In this document: positions 12,869 to 27,498 of the stretch, in pieces
Position numbering within the stretch: the stretch's first letter is position 1
Layout: every line of letters begins with the position of its first letter
NCBI RefSeq assembly: GCF_009914755.1
Contig: NC_060928.1
DNA: 64,000 nucleotides
Reading direction: 5' to 3' (one strand)
Source: the human T2T-CHM13v2.0 reference genome, Homo sapiens
Notes under the pieces: model-generated
Told to the model about the DNA's origin: nothing
The model's database searches: none
Seen by the model: the letters and a program-made list of their open reading frames with translations, nothing else
Made by a program: the position numbers and the translations under genes

Positions 12869-15800
12869 AAAGCATGGTTGGCTTCTTCACACAAGGACAG
12901 GTTTCTTCACAGAGAATCAGTTACACACTCCTGAGCATATTTAACTCCCACAGCCCATTAAGTAGATGATAATATTCTTATTTTACAAATAAGGAAACTG
13001 AGACTCGGAATAAATAAATTGTTGCAGTTCACGCATTTGCACCGAGATTCAGCCCCAGGCCTGCCTTCTCCCACTCCTGTGCCCCTTCCACCCACTGCCT
13101 GGCCCCCACCCTGCTGTTTCCTGCTGGGTGTGCCGGGAGCACTGACCTGGGGCTCTGGGGACAGGACTCGGTTTTATAAAGTGCTGGGAGAAGTAGGAGA
13201 ATTCAGAGGGAAATGGGATCTGATGCTTGGATTATGGGAGAAGCAAGATAAAAGGATGCTAAAGGCAGGAGAAGCAATGGGAGAATGTCTGCCTGGTGTC
13301 CCGTGGTCCCTGTGCAGCTGCTCCTCTCTATTGTTTCTGTGAAGGGATCATGCAAGGTACTTTCCAGCCACTGTTTTAGACTTTTGTTTTTGATGAGCTG
13401 GAACAGCAGCAGGTAGGTAGGTGGTGGGGGCCCTCTTTTTCACTTTTCTTTCTCTCTTTCCTTGTCGTGAGCTCAGGGGCCATAAGCCACCCATTCAACA
13501 GCCAAAGGATGAAGCAGATCTTGGCAATGTTACCATTTCTGTAACTACTGGAGGCTTGCTGCCCTTTGACAGACTGGAGTGGAGCGCTTCGGGGGAAAAG
13601 CAGTACCCACCAACACCGTGGCATCTCTGCTCAACGCTGACCATCACGTTGAATTTCTGTTTATGTCTGTAGTAAGATAATCAGCTGGAAAGCAGATTGC
13701 TATTGAGAGGGTTTTCTGGTTTTCTTAGTAGGTCAAAAACCAAATTAGATGACCCACATCATAGGCCCAGATCAGTTTAGAAAAATCCCTCCAGTCCTTC
13801 AGTGGCATCCTTAGCAGGAGGTTCTGACTTGGAGGAAATGGACAGCCTGCATTTTCTGGAACTGAGAGGTTGCAGGAGGAAGGGAAAGAGAGGGAGATCA
13901 AGGATGACAAAATCTGGGATTTCAGTTTATCCCTTCTCTGAGGACAGAAACAGCTCTCAAGCAGGAAGAGAGAGGCTTTAGAAATACCCAGATCAGTGAG
14001 CCTGGGAACCTTGATTGTCCACTTTTCTGGGCAGAGGAAGGGGAAGTTTCTGGTCCCAGAGAATTCCAGCTCAGCACCACACCCAAAACAGTGCAAGTGG
14101 ATGACAGTTAAACCCAAGGCGGGGCTGTAGGGTGCAGGGGCCTGCATGTCGCACCCTGGAGTCCTGACAGTTTCCCCGAGCCACATGAAGGGCACACAGC
14201 CATACTGAGATGCCTTGGCACACAGAGATCTCAGACGGCTTCAAACAAGCCTTAGTGTGAATCAGTCATCAAAACCAGAAAACACTTTCCGGGTCCTCAG
14301 ACTCCACCGTGGTCTGCAGTGCATCACCCCAAAAGGCCAGAGGAGGCCAGTCACACCTCAGAGGGCAACAGTGCAGGAAGCGGCCCAACCCAGCCGCTTT
14401 GTTGCACAGACTGGCATGTCAATACAGGATACAAACTGGGCCTCACTGTCTGCTCTGCCATGAGTTTTCCTAAGCCACACCTCTCCTCTCTAACTAGGGT
14501 GAACAAACATCACCTGCTCTACTGGCATAATTATTAATAGTGCCCTCTTTCTCTCTCAAACACATCTCGGATTGATCTGACCTGAGTGGTTAAAAAATAA
14601 ATATTATAGAATAAGATGCATGCTGTAATTCCAAGTAATAATGAGAAAAAGCTCACCTATGTGTGCAAGGTTCCTCTATGCAGGGAGCATATTTGGAAGG
14701 ACACTGCTAACCACGGTTACCTGAGGATGGTTTGGGGACACGGACAGCACTGCATTATTTTTACACGCATTGCATTCTAAACCAGGCACTTGTTTCTAAA
14801 AATGAAAAAAAAGTGCCCGTCTTGGAAGATGATTTGTGATGGTCACTCTATCCAGAGCACAGGCCTCACCTTGCCATGGAGCCGGAGAGGGCAATCAAAT
14901 CCGAACATCTGCACGTCTCTGCTAAGGGGCTGAGTGTTTGTTTTAAGCTGGAGTAGTTTCTATCATTGCAAACAGACTAAGTTTACCAGCTCATGCTAAA
15001 CACAGTTCAGTTTGTTTTTCCTGTTACCCCAGTGGGCACAGGTTCATGAGGAAAATTAGAACAGATGCAGAGTCAACATCTGTGCCCATCTGGGGGCAGT
15101 GTGAGTGGTTTTGTGAACATGCTGTAGTTGAATTCTGACTTTTGAGAGGTTGATTACTCATTTCTTTCAGTAGACAGAAATCATAGTATTTGTTTGCTGG
15201 AGCATGAGCTGCTTTATTTCTATTTTCAGAGTTTCACTTTGGGTCCACAGTGGGGCCTATAACCAATGCTGGAGGTTCTCAGCCAAAGAGAGTGCAGCGG
15301 CGCATGGCTGTCCTGCAGATGGTGACAGGTGGGGACTCTGCCCCTTCACTCTTGGAGGTCAGGCAGGGCTAAATGGCTGCAGTCCCCTAAGCAGTCAGTC
15401 CTTTTTTTAAAAAGTAAGAACAATGGCCTGTATTTGTTAAACTTTTTTTTTTTTTTTTTTTGGTAACACAAGAAAGGATCATTGTGATGCTGAGCCTCCA
15501 GTGCCACCAGACTCAGGGTTCCGGGTAGGCAGGGTCACAGCTGGGCACCCCGTTGTGCTGCTCCAGGACTGGCCCCGTGTCCTGGCCTTGGGGTTGAGTC
15601 TCGGGGTTGGCTGCATGCGTTGGTGTGATTTCAGGGCATACACACGGAACGTGCTGCCCAGGTGCTGGGCCCAGGGAAGCCACGTGTCTCAGCCCTGAAG
15701 AGTTGTCCTGGCGTTGTGCACAACCTGGCTGGTGGCTTGGAGAGCAAACAGTACCCCCGACCCCACGGGTGTCTGCGGGCACTAGGCCCCACGTGCGGGT

Positions 15801-16401
15801 TCTCTGGAGTCTCCCAAGCTGAGCATCACCGGACCCAGACCCGTCACAGCCATGCTGAGCTTACCCGTGAGTGACCTTCCCGAGGAAGGCATGGGGCTTT
15901 CTGGGGCAGGAAGCAGGGGAAGAGGCTCTCAAAACAGCAGGAGATGGGAGCGCGCTGTCCCGGAACTGTTGTCCGCCTCCCTCTGCCATCCAGGTGCCCG
16001 CCACCAGGTCCCCTCTGACAGGCTCCTGATGCTTCCCGGGCCGGGTAGACCAGGGGTGCCCAGCAGCTTGGCCAGATCAGCCTGCCGTTTTTCCTCAAAC
16101 GTCACCCTTGCCAGGGATGTCCCCGCCCCTGCTCCTCCCCTTCTTGGGACAGACATCCTAAGTCCAGTAATTCCGGTGCTTCCAATAAAAAACACCGCGA
16201 GTTTCTTCTCTGCCCTAAGCAGGAGCAGGGGGATTGCAGTGTGAGAGGCGTCCTCCTGCGGCCTAGGTAGGAGGATGGGTCTCCAGGAGCCTCCACGCTG
16301 ACCCCTGTGGCTGGACTAATGTGTCATTTCTTGTATGTGCCTTGACATGGAGAAGGTTGGAAAGCTCTCCCCGGTACTATTTCACATGAAATGACATTGT
16401 G

Positions 16402-17497
16402 GACTGCAAGCTCAAAAGCACAGGCAACAAAACCGAAAACAGACAAATGGGACTTGTTAAACTAAAGAGCTTCTGCACAGCAAAAGAAATAATCAACAGA
16501 GTGAGCAGACAACCAACAGAATGGGAGATAATATTTGCAAACTATTCATCCAACAGGGAACTACTATCCAGACGATACAAGGAGCTCAAACACAACAACA
16601 AAGACAAATAATCCCCTCTTAATGTACTTTTAAAAGTATGCAAAAAAGAAAAAAAAAGGAATAGACCTTTTTCAAAAGAAGGCATACAGATGTCCTACAG
16701 GTATATGAAAAGATGCTCAACATTGCTAATCATCAGAGAAATGCAAATCCAAACCACAATGAGATAGCATCTTACCCTGCCAGAATGGCTATTATTAAAA
16801 AGACAGAAAATCACAGATGTTGGCAAGGATATAGAGAAAAAAGAACTCATTCGCTGTTGGTGGGAATATAAATTAGTGCAACCTCCATGGAAAACAGTAT
16901 GGAGATTTTTCAGACTAAAAATAGAGCTACCATTTGACCCAGCAACTCCACTATTGGGTATCTATGCAAAAGGAAAACAATCAATTTATCAAAAAGATAC
17001 CTTCACTCATACATTTATTGTAGCACTAGTCACAATAGTAAATCTATAGAACCAACCTAAATGTCCATCAATGGAAGAAGAAAATCCCCTGGATAAAGAA
17101 AATGTGTTATTTACACAATAGAATACTATCTGGCCATCAAAAGAATGACTTCATGTCTTTTGCAGCAACATGGGTGAAACTGGTGGTCATTATCTTAAGT
17201 GAAGCAAGCCAGACAGAAAGTCAAACAACTCATGTTTTCATTCATAAGTGGGTGCTAAAAATTGTGTCCACATGTATGTAGAGAGTGGAATGATAGGCAA
17301 TAGGTCCTCAGAAGTGTGAGGGGGCATGAGAAGGGTAGATAACAAGAAATTGCCTAATGGATGCAATGTACATTATTTGGGTGATGGGTACCCTAAAGCC
17401 CTGTCTTGGCCACTAGGCAATCTATGCATGTAACAAAATGGCACTTGTACACCATACATTTATACACATTTCTTTAAAAAGAAATACATCCCCCAAA
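16402..17497 (+). mobile_element. 5'-truncated L1 (L1PB4-like) 3' end
   Basis: ORF2 C-terminal remnant (KLKSFCTAKEIINRV..QPTEWEIIFANYSS); L1PB-type 3'UTR; TSD aaatga(c/g)attgtg. Confidence 0.88.
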
Positions 17498-18602
17498 AAA
17501 TGAGATTGTGTCAAGCGTTACTCTGTAGGTTAGGGCGTCAGTAGAAGCAATATTATACCTAAACCTAATAGCATTCTGATTCACATGTTCATGACTTCAT
17601 GGCAGCAGGTAGACCTCAGACCCTCCTCCAGCCGTGTCAGATAGACACCCACACAGGTAAGAATAAGGGAAGAACCAGGGTCTGTAGAAACTGGCAGTTG
17701 GGGAACCTTTACAATTGTTGACTATTCCCCAATACTCTGCATTGCTTTTTGCAGGAGGAAGATGTACGTTAGTCAAGTCACCTAAAGTTGAGTATTGGGA
17801 GAAGGAAAGGGGAATTAACATTTATGAAGAACCAAAAAATAGACGCTATGAGTGTTCTGTATGCTAGACTCTCAATTTAGTCTTTCAGATATTCTGTGAT
17901 GTCCCATGTTTCATCAAATCTGAGACATGTTCCCCACCAACCCACAATTTGCCGTCTATGAAATTGAGGACATCTTAAAATCAGCAGCCCCCTACAATCA
18001 ATATTTGTCAACTAACTGTCATGAAACAGCTTGACTGCCCAGAAATGCTAACATGATTATAAAAATGATTATATAATTAAGAATCTAATTAAGTCCAAAA
18101 GAGACTTTAAGCAAAGTTAAAATAAAAATTCTAAGTAATAAGAAACCATTGTATTATAATTTAATTGGCACTGGTACACAAGCAAGTAAAAGAAATGCAA
18201 ATCCAAATTAAAAATCCAAGTAAAAGTGCCAGCAGCAAAACTTACGGTGACTAGATAGAAAGTCCTAGCAGTAATTACACAACACACTTTTAGGCCGTAG
18301 GAACCAAACGGCTGTGAGGAGGAGGCCAGGGAAAGGATGAACCAGATGTGCTCAGCAACATTTCTGAAGGGGGAGACAAAAGTTGGCTGATTTTCCATCA
18401 TTGTTCTGCCAGTTTAAGAGCCGGAACCAGAAGTTTTGGTTTCTCAATGCATTATTTTAAAAATGCTGCATCACCAATGTTTTTGATAACAATTTTAGGA
18501 AAATTAGTCAAAACTTAGAATTAAGGCAGAGGGAGGGCAGCACCTCCTCTCAATGTTGGATAGACCACTTATTGCCTAATGGAGTGCACTGCTTTTGTTT
18601 AA

Positions 18603-18884
<282 letters not shown>

Positions 18885-21800
18885 TGAGTCTTATGATTCT
18901 AATGTTACATGTTTTTTAGTTATTTACATTTATGATATTAAATTGAAAGGATAAGTTTTTAAAATTTGAAAACAATATGTGGTCATTTCAGCAACTTAAT
19001 ATGCTGCTTTATTTTTACGTTTATTTTATATGATTTTTTAAAGTTATCTAAGTATTTGGGGAAGCTTCTCAGTCAGATACCCTTGAAAAAATCTGAATAT
19101 AATAAATTTGTAAAGGAAATGTCAATATTTGAGGGGATCCCATAGCATATTTAATTAGCCCCCATAAATATTGTAAGTATACTTTTTCCATTTTTTATAC
19201 TCAGGTTTCTTTTTGAATATTTTCGTTTCTGATTGGCAGACTTTCCCAAATACTAAACTAAGTGCATGTTGAGCATGCACTTTCCTAATAAATAAAGTGA
19301 TAAGATTTAGAAGCTGAACTTTAAAAACTTAAGAACTAGCTTCAATAAGTTGAATATTAATTTTTAAAATCAAAATAGTCCCTGAATAATCTTTTCTACC
19401 TCAAAGAACTCCAAGAATTACAGACACCCACATTCACTTTTGGGTAGAGCAGGCAGAGGCCAGACCAGCTCATCAGCGCTGACCCTTTCAGAGCCTCAGT
19501 GGGTGAAATGAGTGCACCCTCATAATGAGAGCTGCTATGTTTGGGATCTCTCCTTGCTCCTCCATTCGTGATCTTACTTTCCTTTTAGTCCTAAAGATTC
19601 AAACACGTGGTGTCAGTGTTGCTCTGAAGCACAGACCGATTCCCAGGGTCAGGCTATAAATTCTTTAACTAAATCCACTGACAAATCACCCAGAAAAGCT
19701 TTTAATATGTTTGCAGGCTTAGCCACAGGAGCAAAGCAAATTGTTCTTGAGATCTTCAAAGCAGGCGTGCAGGTTTCACCAGTTCTTCCTCTTGCCCTGG
19801 GCAGGTCTGCAAGTCTGCTGGAACCTGGAACACAGCAGCCCTCCTGCCCAGCCACCCCATTCCTGAGCTTCCTCTCCATGCAAGAGTCCACTTGTAAAAC
19901 AAACAACGGGCTGGGAGTTGTGTCTCCCCTTCACCACCAGTAAGTACTTCATGCAGGTAGAAAAGCCAGAGGAGGAAAAGGTATTGAAACACAGTAGAAA
20001 AAACAAATGAACAAATGGAAATAATGAGTTGAACTCAGAGGCTCCCAGCTTCAGGAATCATTTCTGACACTTGGCATTTGCCTCCTGCAGCAGAAGCGCG
20101 TCTTCGTTGTTTCTCCCTGTTCAATTCTTCCACTTCTCGATCCTCAAACTCATGCAGGGATTTGAATGTGTTGGGTGGTTGGTTTCGTTGCTTATTTTAA
20201 TTTTTTAAAACCATAACTGCCTTGTGCTTAGGAGCCTGATTATTTTTCAGCTGGATGTACAAATCTCGGCCTCTCCCCGGCCTCTCGTCTTTCTGATCTT
20301 CTACCCTCCACCGCATGGGAGGGCACAGGTTCCCTTGTGTCCCAGCCCTGCTGCAGCAGGTGGTTAGACAAAACCGCATTGTCATTTATAAACGCAGAAA
20401 TCAAGCTCTCTCTCTCTCCCCACCCTTTATCCACCCACCCCCTTTTTCTGTTCTCTCTCCTTTCTCTCTGTTCCTTTTCTGTAATGTCAAATCTATTCCA
20501 CTAAGGGGTTGCTCTTTGACTAATTTTGCCACTTAATTTTCTAACATTCATTCTTGATTCTCAAGGAGGAAACTCCCATTTTGAGTGACATTTCTCGTGA
20601 CTGAATGAATGTGGACCCGTTTCTCAATACGTCAAAGGAAAGGGTATTCACAACCTAGCCTTGCTCTCAGGAGGTGGAGCGGGGTTTTTCACTCCCTAGA
20701 GGAATGAAGAGTTGAGCCTGGAATGTACACCACTGTCCAGCAAACCAGAAGGCCTCTGCATTCTGCAGGTTCCGCTCTCTGGTCTGGAAAGATCTCCCAG
20801 CAGGTGGAGGCCATTGTCCTTGGCCTGACCCAGTCCCTGCTGAAGCAGTTAGAGGGCGAGGCCCAGACCTCCTCCAGACTCGGGACAATCAGTGCCTGGG
20901 TTCAGACCCTGGGCACAGCTGGGCCTACTCCAGAAGGGTGTGGAAGGAGGAGAGGTGCAGACAGGATTTGTCTAAGGCAGCACCCTTAGCACTTTGCCTC
21001 CATCCTTGATCCAGCCGTCTGGCCTGGCTTTCTTCTCAATTTCTTTGGCCCTCAGTTTTCTGTTGTGTCTGCACCAGCATTGCTGACTTTGGCATTACCG
21101 AACCTTTAGCCTTTGGGCCAGCATGCTCTGATTTTGGAATCTGACTTCTCTGCCCTGGACCCTGGGGTTGACAGGTGTTTAATGAGGTGCACTCTGTTTC
21201 GTAATCTGCTTTTTTCTTTTGATCATTATTCTGAACATTTCCTCTTGGTTGTTTACTGGACTTCTAAATATTATTTTGATGGTTGTGTTGTAATGTATCA
21301 TGAGATCTCCCCTAATATATTTAACTAAATACCTTGTAGTTTGACAATTATGCTATTTCCAAATTTTCACTCTACCGAATAATGCCTTGGTAAGTATTAG
21401 TGTAGTGAAATCTTCACAGTTATTTTTTAAAACACTTTAAAATTACGCATATTGTAAACAAACATGTTCTTGTTGAAAACTTCCTTAAAACCGGTAAGAC
21501 TAAAGTCCTCATTAACCAGCTTCAATCGAGTTGTTATAGCCATCATAGAGACAGCCACTATTATTGGTTAATGCGTACCCTTTTTTGAAATGTACGTACG
21601 TATATTTTCAGATACCTAAGTGAGATATAGACAGATAGATATGCTGAATCGTTTTTATTTGTGAGGCCGAGTGGCGCACAGACGTTAACATGCTGTCCAT
21701 TCACTTGGCAGTATGCCTTGGAGACATTTCCACGTCAACACATGAAGATCTGCAACTGCTGTGTGGGATTCCATAATAAGGATAAGCCGACGTTTATTGA

Positions 21801-21981
21801 GTTATTTTCCTATCCCTGGATATTTGGGTTGTGTTTAGCTTTTGCTAAGACAGACAATGCTGCATTCAATCTTCACCTTGTGCACATGTGCAGATAGATG
21901 TCTCTCTGGGGAGATTCAGAACGTGGAATTGTTAGGTCGTAGAGGAGAAACATTTTGCCCACCAAAGTAGCTGGAAAATAA

Positions 21982-22464
<483 letters not shown>

Positions 22465-22542
22465 GGGTCATACATTCTTAATCACCTCAGATTACATGCC
22501 TGAAAGTTGGGTTGCTGGGTCAAAGGACATGCAATATATACA

Positions 22543-22898
22543 CAGTAGTCTCCCCTCACCTGCTGTAGGTACATTCCAAGCTCCCCAGTGGATGCTGAAA
22601 CCACGCATTTCAGAACCTTCTGGAAACTGTCTTTTCCTATTGCATACATACTTATGATCAAGTTTAACGTATAAATTAGGCGCAGTAGAAGATTAACAAC
22701 AATAACTAATAAAATAGAACAATTGTAGCAATATACTCTGATAAAAGTTGTGTGAGTAGGGTTTTTCTCTCTCTCTCTGTCAAAATATCTTACTGTATGT
22801 AATATTTTTGGACCATAGTTGAACACAGTTATAATATTTTGGACAGCATGGTTTCAGGTAACTGAAAAGCAAAGCGGCGAAGAAGGGAGAACTACTGT
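22543..22898. mobile_element. MER44/Tigger7-type DNA transposon
   Basis: TIRs cagtagtctcccct / aagggagaactactg followed by ta. Confidence 0.75.
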
Positions 22899-22904
22899 AT
22901 GTTT

Positions 22905-22935
<31 letters not shown>

Positions 22936-23470
22936 CACGCACGCCTACCTAGCCCTACCTATCTCATCTATCTAATCTATTGCTTTTAAGGTGGTATTTT
23001 TTCCAAGGTGTCTTTCTATAATAATTAAACCAATTTATACTCTCACTACAGCATATATAAATGTTTTCTTATACTGTCTACAGAAGGGTTTTACTTTTGT
23101 TTTTTGTAGGGCAGATAAATAAATATAGTATCTTATTGATTTTACATTTCTTTCATTGAGAATAAGACTGGCTACTTTCATATCGTTTTTGACAGTTCAT
23201 TTCTTTTCTTTTGATTAACAGCTTATTTTTTATTTCTACTAATTCTGTGTGTGGTTGTTCACCTTTATTTTTGTTCTTACCAATCTAAAAACTCTCACAC
23301 AGGTTAAGAATGTCAGCCTACATCTGAGTGTCAATAAGGTGCAGATAGTCAAGGAATAATGCCTCACAGTGTAGTGACATGCTGCCACAGAAGAGGCCCC
23401 CAGGAAAATGCAGTTTGGGAGCCCCTTAAGCAAATATAACTTCATGGGAAGATTGTCCTTCTTTGGTCTC

Positions 23471-23903
23471 TGATATGGTTTGGATCTGTGTCTCCACCCA
23501 GATTCATTTGAATTGTAATTCCCAACGTAGGAGATGGGGCCTGGTGGGAGATGATTGGATCATGGGGGCAGTTTCTCATGCTTTTCATGGGGGCAGTTTC
23601 TCATGCTTTACTACCATCCCCCTTGGAGCTATCGTCCTGATAGTGAGTTCTCACATGATCTGGTTATTTAAAAGTCTGTGGCACCTCTCTGCTCTCTTGG
23701 TCCTGCTCCTGCCATGGAAGACACCTGCTCCCGCTTTGCTGTCCACCATGATTGTGTGTTTCCTAAGGCCTCCCCCAGAAGCAGAAGCTGCTATGCTTCC
23801 TGTACAGCCTGCAGAACCATGAGCCAATTAAACCTGTCTTAAAATACATTCCTCAGTCTCAGGCATTTCTTTCTTTATAGCAGTGCAAGAATGGACTAAC
23901 ACA
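23471..23903 (+). mobile_element. MSTA solo LTR
   Basis: tgatatggtttggatctgtgtc...gaatggactaacaca; internal ~25-bp duplication. Confidence 0.88.
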
Positions 23904-23973
23904 CTCTCCATGTTGACACCTCGCTTGTAAAGCTGGCCGATGCAGCATTGCAATCAAGTGGTAGATTTTGAAT

Positions 23974-24061
23974 GTCTGAGTGTGATTAGACTCTAGTTGT
24001 TTGTTGTTAAATGATTGGTCTGAGTGTGATTAGACTCTAGCTGTTTGTTGTTAAATGATTG
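23974..24061 (+). repeat. 44-bp tandem duplication, 2 copies, 1 mismatch
   Basis: gtctgagtgtgattagactctag(t/c)tgtttgttgttaaatgattg occurs twice. Confidence 0.95.
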
Positions 24062-24212
24062 GTGAATGATGCCATCACAGGCCAGAATGTCCAGCCAGCC
24101 TCCATAGCAGGACCATCCCCGCTTATAGGAAATGGAAAGGCTCAGAGACTCCAGAGTGGCCCAGCACTGCCCCTGCCGTCCACCAGCTGGAATCAGGGCA
24201 GTGCACCTCCCA

Positions 24213-24848
24213 GTCTGTGTGTGTGTATGTGTGAGTGTGTGTGTATGTCTGTGTGTGTGTATGTGTGTGTGTATGTGTGTGTGTACATATGTGTGAGTGT
24301 GTGTATGTGTGTGTATGTGTGTGCGTGAGTATGTGTGAGTGTGTGTGTATGTGTGAGTGTGTGTATGTATGTGTGAGTGTGTGTGTGTGAGAGAGTATGT
24401 GCGAGTGTGTGTGGAGGGGCGGGGGTCTTGCAGTTGGTCATAGCTGCCCTTTACTTTCTCACAGTGTGTGTATGTGTGTGTGTGAGTGTGTGTGTGTATG
24501 TGTGAGTGTGTATGTGTGTGTGGAGGGGAGGGGATCTTGCATTTGGTCATAGCTGCCCTTTACTTTCTCACAGTGTGTGTGTGTGTGTATGTGTGTGTGA
24601 ATGTGTGTGTGTATGTGTGTATGTGTGAGTGTGTATGTGTGAGTGTGTGTGAGTGTGTGTGTGAGTGTGTGTGTGTGTGGAGGGGAGGGATCTTGCAGTT
24701 AGTCATAGCTGCCCTTCACTTTCTCAGTGTTTTTGTGTGTGTGTGTGAGTGTGTGTGTGAGTGTGAGTGTGTGAGAGTGTGTGAGAGTGTGTGTGTGGAG
24801 GGGAGGGGAGGGGTCTTGCAGTTGGTCATAGCTGCCCTTCACTTTCTC
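24213..24848 (+). repeat. Compound VNTR: TG-rich tracts alternating with a conserved ~50-bp cassette, 4 units
   Basis: Cassette ggagggg.gggg.tcttgca.ttggtcatagctgccctt.actttctc at ~24413, 24522, 24679 and 24797. Confidence 0.95.
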
Positions 24849-26166
24849 TTTTGGTCAAGAGTTCTCCCTTTCTCCTCGTTAGAGAAAGATTGCCTTTGTT
24901 TTGCCAGTTTCCTGAAAGTCTGTATTTTCCGGGTATAAGCTCACTCATTGAGAAGAAGAGAGCCTATCCTTTCACCTCTAGAACAAGAAAGCCAGTGGGT
25001 AGTAAAATACACATAATGAAAATGATGTGTGCCCTAAACTTCAGGTGAACCAGCGAGAGTGTTTTACAGCACACACTCCAACCTAGAATCATTCACACGG
25101 GTCCAAATCCCAGCTTCACTCTCATCGCTAGACATAGGGCTCAATGTTCCAAATTTTAGCTCTTCTCATCTCTAAAATGGCAATTATATTAGTACCTATG
25201 TTTAAGGCAGTTGTGAGGATTAACTGAATTTTGGTCCACCTATGGATGCTGGCACAGCAGGCATTTTATGCGTAAAGTCTCTAATCATTATTTCTCCATC
25301 TCAGAATAGAGGAAGATCTCTGTGGGTGGAGGACCCTTACCAAAGTAGTTGGAGGGGACATCTTAGGTCATACGACTCTCTTCTCAAAGACTCTTGTTAT
25401 ATAGGAGTCCTATTTGGTTAAAAGGACTTCTCTTGTTTGTCCTGGATGTGACATCAGGTTTAAAAAAAATCTCACTCCCGTTCAGGAGCCTGGCAACCAT
25501 GCATTACCCAACAATGGTTACCGTGGCTGCAAGGAGGAAGCAGACAGCAAGCCCACAGAAGTGTTTATTGAAGAAAGGGAAGTCAATAGTCCCTGGAGTT
25601 AATGAGTGATTGTTATTTATGGAAGGAATGGTATTTGCAGATGGGAATGACTGCAAAATGCATAGAAGGACACAGCCATGCCCTTTCCACGGAAGTCACA
25701 GAGCACACCTCAACACACTGAGAAGACGTCCACGACAGAGAAAGATGACGAAGGTCTCCTTTCTTCCACATCGTAGGAGATTTTCTGCCATAAACTCAGT
25801 TTATTCTATAGTTGTTTATGTCCTCAGCATTTTGGAGACAGCTGTTCTCATGAAGTGAAGACTGGCTCAGATTGTTTGATTAATTGCAAGAATTGTGGAA
25901 ACGGGAGGAAGAATTCATGAAGGATGCCTCCCTTACCTGTACAGAGTTGTTTTCATTGATAAAGGGTTGTGATCTGTAAAATGGGGATATCGACATTTGT
26001 TTCAGGAGAATGAGCTTTATTTGGGCAGATTTGGCTTTGAATTCTGTTTCTACCTCTTAGAGATTGTGTGACAGTTGTTATTTAATATCTGAGTCTCACA
26101 TTTCTCATCTGTAAACTGAATATAACACTTATACTGAATGTCATACTTATATTACAAGATGTCCAT

Positions 26167-26706
26167 GTTATTCTAATCATGTCTTTTTAGTTTCTGTGTT
26201 TTCTGATGTTTTGGCTTCTGGGGTCTTGCTGATCCTGGAGAGACTCCCCCTCCCAGGACTGGTCAGTTCCTAGCAGTAGTAAGGGACTCACCTACAAGTG
26301 TGCCTTTTGTATGCAAGCCACCAATCCAAAGCCCATGCCCCCAGTGACCCCCTTTATCTAGCTCTCACTTGCAGAGCCACTATCCCCCTGCCCTAATCAC
26401 CCCAGGGACAGATATTAAACAACTAGAAATAGCCACGATGCCCTAGAGCCCAGTGAAATTATTTAAAATGGGCAATACTACACCTGCCTGCCTGTCCTAC
26501 ATTTCCCCCTCACAACCCATAATGAAGTCTCTTGCCCACATTTTCTTCTCATTCCCTCTGCCTCCTGACCGATCCTGGTGCTTCCCCACGTGGCCCTGCA
26601 TGGCATGGTGTGACCTCTGCTCTTGAATTGTGAGTAACGCACGCTGTACGTAATGGCAGTCATCTCCTGACCCATTTCCTCACCATACCTGAATAATAAT
26701 AAAACC
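26167..26706 (+). mobile_element. ERVL LTR, MER74/MER54-like
   Basis: ctggggtcttgctgatcctggagagactccccctcccagg...tatgcaagccaccaatcc. Confidence 0.65.
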
Positions 26707-26709
26707 TAT

Positions 26710-27068
26710 TGTCTCAGCCTATTTGGGCTGCTATAACAAAACACTATAGACTGAGTGGCTTCAACAGTAAATATTTATTTCTCACACTTCTGGAGGTGGG
26801 GGAGTTCAAGGTCAAGGCACTGAAAGGCTCAGTGTCTGATGAGAACCCGCTTCCTGGCTCATGGACATCCAGCTTTTCTCTGTGGCTGAAAGAAGCCGAA
26901 GCACTCTCTGGGGTCTCTTTTATAATGGCACTAATCCATTCACAGGTCCTCCACCCTCGTGACATAGGTGGAGCCCCCATGAATAGCCTCACCTCCAAAA
27001 GTCATCACATTGAGGGTTAGGATTGTGATACATGCACTTGGAGGAGGCACACACATTCAGTCCACAAC
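26710..27068 (-). mobile_element. MLT1A/MST-type MaLR LTR
   Basis: tttgggctgctataacaaaac...atttatttctcacacttctggagg. Confidence 0.8.
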
Positions 27069-27074
27069 ACTCAT

Positions 27075-27498
27075 GATGTAAAAACACATGCCCCAATCTC
27101 TGGAACCTGTGAATGTTACCTTGTATGGCAAAAGGGACTTCACGGGTGTGAAAAAGACATGAATCTGTAGATGGGAGATTATCTTGGGCTAGCCAGGCGG
27201 GCCTGGTGTGATCATGAGGATCCTTAGAAGGGGGAGGCAGGAGATCAGCATGAGTAGCAGAGGAGGGTGAGGCCACGAGCCAAGGAATGCTGACAGCTTC
27301 TAGAAGCTGGAAGAGGCGAGGAGTGAATTCTCCCCTGGAACTTTCAGAAGGAATCAACACTGCCAACACCCTAATGGTAGCCCTGTAAGGCCTATTTCTG
27401 ACACTCTGACCTCCAGAACTGTAAGATAATCAATGTGTGTTGTTTTGAGCCACTAAATGTGTGATCATCTCTTACAGCAACAATAGGGAACTAATATA
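27075..27498 (+). mobile_element. MLT1D-like MaLR LTR
   Basis: ctggaacctgtgaatgttaccttgtatggcaaaagggactt...acagcaacaatagggaactaatata. Confidence 0.8.

Noticed and set aside
24413-24848. CRISPR-like array
   Set aside because: Spacers are TG microsatellite, there are no cas genes, and the DNA is primate.
23993-24938. His/Thr- and Cys/Val-rich ORFs
   Set aside because: Translations of TG/CA repeats.
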